Source of the DNA: Bacteroidaceae bacterium | GTDB lineage: Bacteria > Bacteroidota > Bacteroidia > Bacteroidales > Bacteroidaceae | Direction of reading: 5' to 3' | Assembly (NCBI GenBank): GCA_017617235.1 | Contig: JAFZWQ010000042.1 | Location: forward strand, 18,401 to 82,400 | Length of the DNA stretch: 64,000 nt | Shown here: in pieces, positions 61,968 to 64,000 of the stretch | Layout of the letters: every line of letters begins with the position of its first letter | How positions within the stretch are numbered: the first letter of the stretch is position 1 | Made by a program: the position numbers and the translations under genes | Notes under the pieces: generated by a model | The model's input: the letters and a program-made list of their open reading frames with translations, nothing else | What the model was told of the DNA's origin: nothing | Databases searched by the model: none

Positions 61968-63314
61968 TTAATCTTCTGTTTGCCAATCTATTGTTCCTGC
62001 TTGTTCCCATATCTCTCCGTTGAGGACGTCGATGGATACTTCTTCACGGCCATATATCTTCATCCAAATGGTGTATTTGGAGCCTGGTTTAAATGGTCTC
62101 TGTTCAACAGGAAGTGATAATTTATGTATACTATGCTCTTGTTTACCTTTGGTTAATTCCAGATTTACTTTCCACTGTTGGCTTTCGGTGTCGTAATAGT
62201 AGAGAACATAAGTATATTTTAGTTCTATTTCAACGCTTTCTGTCATGGCTGGGAGCATGACGGGAAGGCACATGTCTTTGGGTTCTTCTGAATTAACATG
62301 GAAATATGGCTGGGTTCTACTAACAATGCCATTGTCTAATAGCTGTTGTTGTAAACTGTTGAAATCCACATCTACTACGCTGACATTTTGCATGTCTTGT
62401 TGGATGACTTCAAGATTGTATTTTTTCTCTCCCTCCCAAGTTAAGATTTCACCATTATCTACGGCGCGGTTATAACTTGCTTCGTCCTGCCAATTACTAC
62501 GGGCAATATACAATGTTCCTTTAGCAGGGGCTTTTATGTTGACTTCGTTAATGATGACCTGTAGGTATGAGTATTTTTTCTCATTGTTTTTACCAGTTGG
62601 AACGCCTTGTACTTTCAGGTCGAAGCGAGATAATAGGTGCTTGAGGTGGAACTGCGGGTGTATGCCACGGTTGCCTGCCATTCCACTATAGAGGTAATCA
62701 CGTCCTTCGTTACCATTAGTGAAGAGCTTCGTTTCGTCGTTGTCTGGCATTTGACTTATCAAATTTGTAAGATCCTGATCTGTGTGATAAGCGAAGCCAT
62801 GCATGACATCTTGTCGTCCATTGATGGTTATATTAGTTTTGAGGACTCCCGGTTCGGATTTCCCGTCGAGCTTAAACGTATCTGGCGCATCTGTAAAGTA
62901 TGTAAAGAAATTATAGCGCCGTGTACGCCATGGACTGTAGTATTTCTCTTCTTCTTGCCCATTTTCGTCATAGAACTTTAGTTCACCATTGGCGTTCTTG
63001 ATGCGCATGAGCTGATTGTAAATCTCAATGTCGCTTTTCGAATAATCTCGAGCCCCATTGTATACTCTATTATGATCTAATAGTGCAAATGTGCGGAAAT
63101 TGGCATTTAGCCAGTGAGACGGGTCATCGCTCCACTTTTCGAACGGACCCGTACTGCGGGTTGTGGTGATGTCGTATTCTATGCCTTCTTTTACGATAGG
63201 CCGGATGCGGACAAGTGTATCGTCGTATCCCTCACCAACCAACTCATTATCGCTGCACGCAATCATGCATACAGAAAGAATACTTATGATAATGTATATA
63301 TATCTATTATTCAT
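61968..63314 (-). CDS. Fimbrillin-like (Mfa-like / type V pilin fold) lipoprotein
   Basis: 448 aa. Lipobox VCMIACSDN. Motifs LKHLLSRFDLKV and a C-terminal SKYTIWMKIYG...IWEQ. Its start overlaps the stop of the upstream paralog by 8 nt. Confidence 0.75.
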   Translation of the reverse strand: MNNRYIYIIISILSVCMIACSDNELVGEGYDDTLVRIRPIVKEGIEYDITTTRSTGPFEKWSDDPSHWLNANFRTFALLDHNRVYNGARDYSKSDIEIYNQLMRIKNANGELKFYDENGQEEEKYYSPWRTRRYNFFTYFTDAPDTFKLDGKSEPGVLKTNITINGRQDVMHGFAYHTDQDLTNLISQMPDNDETKLFTNGNEGRDYLYSGMAGNRGIHPQFHLKHLLSRFDLKVQGVPTGKNNEKKYSYLQVIINEVNIKAPAKGTLYIARSNWQDEASYNRAVDNGEILTWEGEKKYNLEVIQQDMQNVSVVDVDFNSLQQQLLDNGIVSRTQPYFHVNSEEPKDMCLPVMLPAMTESVEIELKYTYVLYYYDTESQQWKVNLELTKGKQEHSIHKLSLPVEQRPFKPGSKYTIWMKIYGREEVSIDVLNGEIWEQAGTIDWQTED

Positions 63315-64000
63315 ACGTTATTTCATTATCTCCATCTGCAATTCCAAATCTTCCTCCATCTTTCCATTGTTCGTCGTCGATGCCAGTTACGGTGGCTGAG
63401 ATCTTTCCTCCATCGCTGTAGACGTAAATGGTGAGTGTGTATTTTGTACCTGCCTTGAAGGGGATGAATGTTCCATTTTCATCGTGCAGGGTCAGTTCGC
63501 TTTCTGAAGTCACATCGCGATAGTATTTGCCATCTTTGTTTAGAGCAAGGTCGCCTGTGGGGGTGATGTTCATGGCGCGTCCCCTCATAACGAGGTGATA
63601 GCCCATCATAGGCGGCACGAGGATTGTTTTGCATAGACGGTGCTGTGAGATGTCTCCAATATGGAAGTATGCCGTATCCTGTGCGCCCATCAGCTGTTCC
63701 CAATCCTGACGGATCTGCCCGTAGTTGTATCCCATTTTCTGCTGGTTGTATGCAGTGTTCTGGATATGGTTGTGATACATGTCGAGTTGATAGGTGGCGT
63801 TGCCCTTGGTGGAAAGCAATGTGTTGGCTGCTACTTCTGCCTCGTAGGTTTGCTCTGTCCAACTGTCGTCGGCAACCTTCAGGGTGACTTGTTTGGGGGC
63901 ATCGAGCGTAATGTCGTCGATGAGCATATTCAGGAACGAATAGTCGGTATTCAGTCCTTCGACACCTTGTATGTAGATATCGAAACGGCAGAGCATGTGA
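63307..64000 (-). CDS. Fimbrillin-like protein, C-terminal part only (5' end lies beyond the right window edge)
   Basis: The frame is open to position 64000. The window edge reads (H)MLCRFDIYIQG, which aligns with the mid-protein (K)H(L/M)L(T/S)RF motif of the three paralogs. The listed Met at 63996 is therefore internal. The C-terminal GTKYTLTIYVY...QWKD pattern is conserved. Confidence 0.7.
   Translation of the reverse strand, partial: HMLCRFDIYIQGVEGLNTDYSFLNMLIDDITLDAPKQVTLKVADDSWTEQTYEAEVAANTLLSTKGNATYQLDMYHNHIQNTAYNQQKMGYNYGQIRQDWEQLMGAQDTAYFHIGDISQHRLCKTILVPPMMGYHLVMRGRAMNITPTGDLALNKDGKYYRDVTSESELTLHDENGTFIPFKAGTKYTLTIYVYSDGGKISATVTGIDDEQWKDGGRFGIADGDNEITYE

Noticed and set aside
1-64000. 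Screen for CRISPR arrays, rRNA genes, transposases/integrases, restriction-modification or other recognisable defence genes, and riboswitches upstream of ribBA and the cobalamin gene
   Set aside because: None was found. There are no regularly spaced direct repeats and no recombinase-like or nuclease/methylase-like ORFs. ribBA and the adenosyltransferase gene have no leader long enough for FMN or cobalamin riboswitches.

Overview
This 64-kb segment reads as a Bacteroidales chromosome, probably Prevotellaceae. That assignment is an inference from repeated TTTG-N19-20-TAnnTTTG promoters, a hybrid two-component regulator, type V fimbrillin-like lipoproteins, many T9SS C-terminal sorting domains and roughly 50 percent GC.

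I support 38 protein-coding genes (one truncated at each window edge), one tRNA-Met(CAT), no rRNA, no CRISPR array and no integrase or transposase. Almost all genes are on the minus strand.

Gene blocks, left to right:
1. Housekeeping: aspC-like aminotransferase, ribBA, LptF/G permease, tRNA, malQ.
2. Host-glycan and amino-sugar genes: a GH2, a T9SS-sorted GH33 sialidase, manC-like, HIT, greA, glmM, nagA and nagB. A visibly AT-rich two-gene islet (C10 cysteine peptidase plus an overlapping lipoprotein) and a GH51 arabinofuranosidase are inserted among them.
3. A conserved-unknown pair (polytopic membrane protein plus a CxxCH beta-propeller lipoprotein), followed by a 52-aa rubredoxin that is absent from the ORF track.
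4. Three consecutive, separately transcribed T9SS cargo genes: an M60-like HExxH peptidase and two giant tandem paralogs with discoidin (F5/8-C, CBM32-like) domains.
5. A DUF4954-like protein, a PduO-type adenosyltransferase and a DUF2795-like protein.
6. A hemicellulose operon carrying a hybrid two-component system (HTCS): GH5-GH43 fusion, HTCS, tandem GH43-CBM6, GH27, plus a GPH transporter. It has no SusC/SusD pair.
7. A lower-GC locus with at least four tandem fimbrillin-like lipoproteins followed by three predicted outer-membrane proteins.

The non-coding observations worth follow-up are:
- a roughly 108-bp composite palindromic repeat present twice;
- an ATAGGGCCTAT motif placed between stop codon and terminator at three genes;
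- a consensus promoter that runs directly into an intrinsic terminator in the greA leader.

The strongest candidates for undescribed biology are the T9SS M60/discoidin cluster and the fimbrillin-plus-outer-membrane-module operon. All functional calls come from reading translated motifs by eye. No database search was run.
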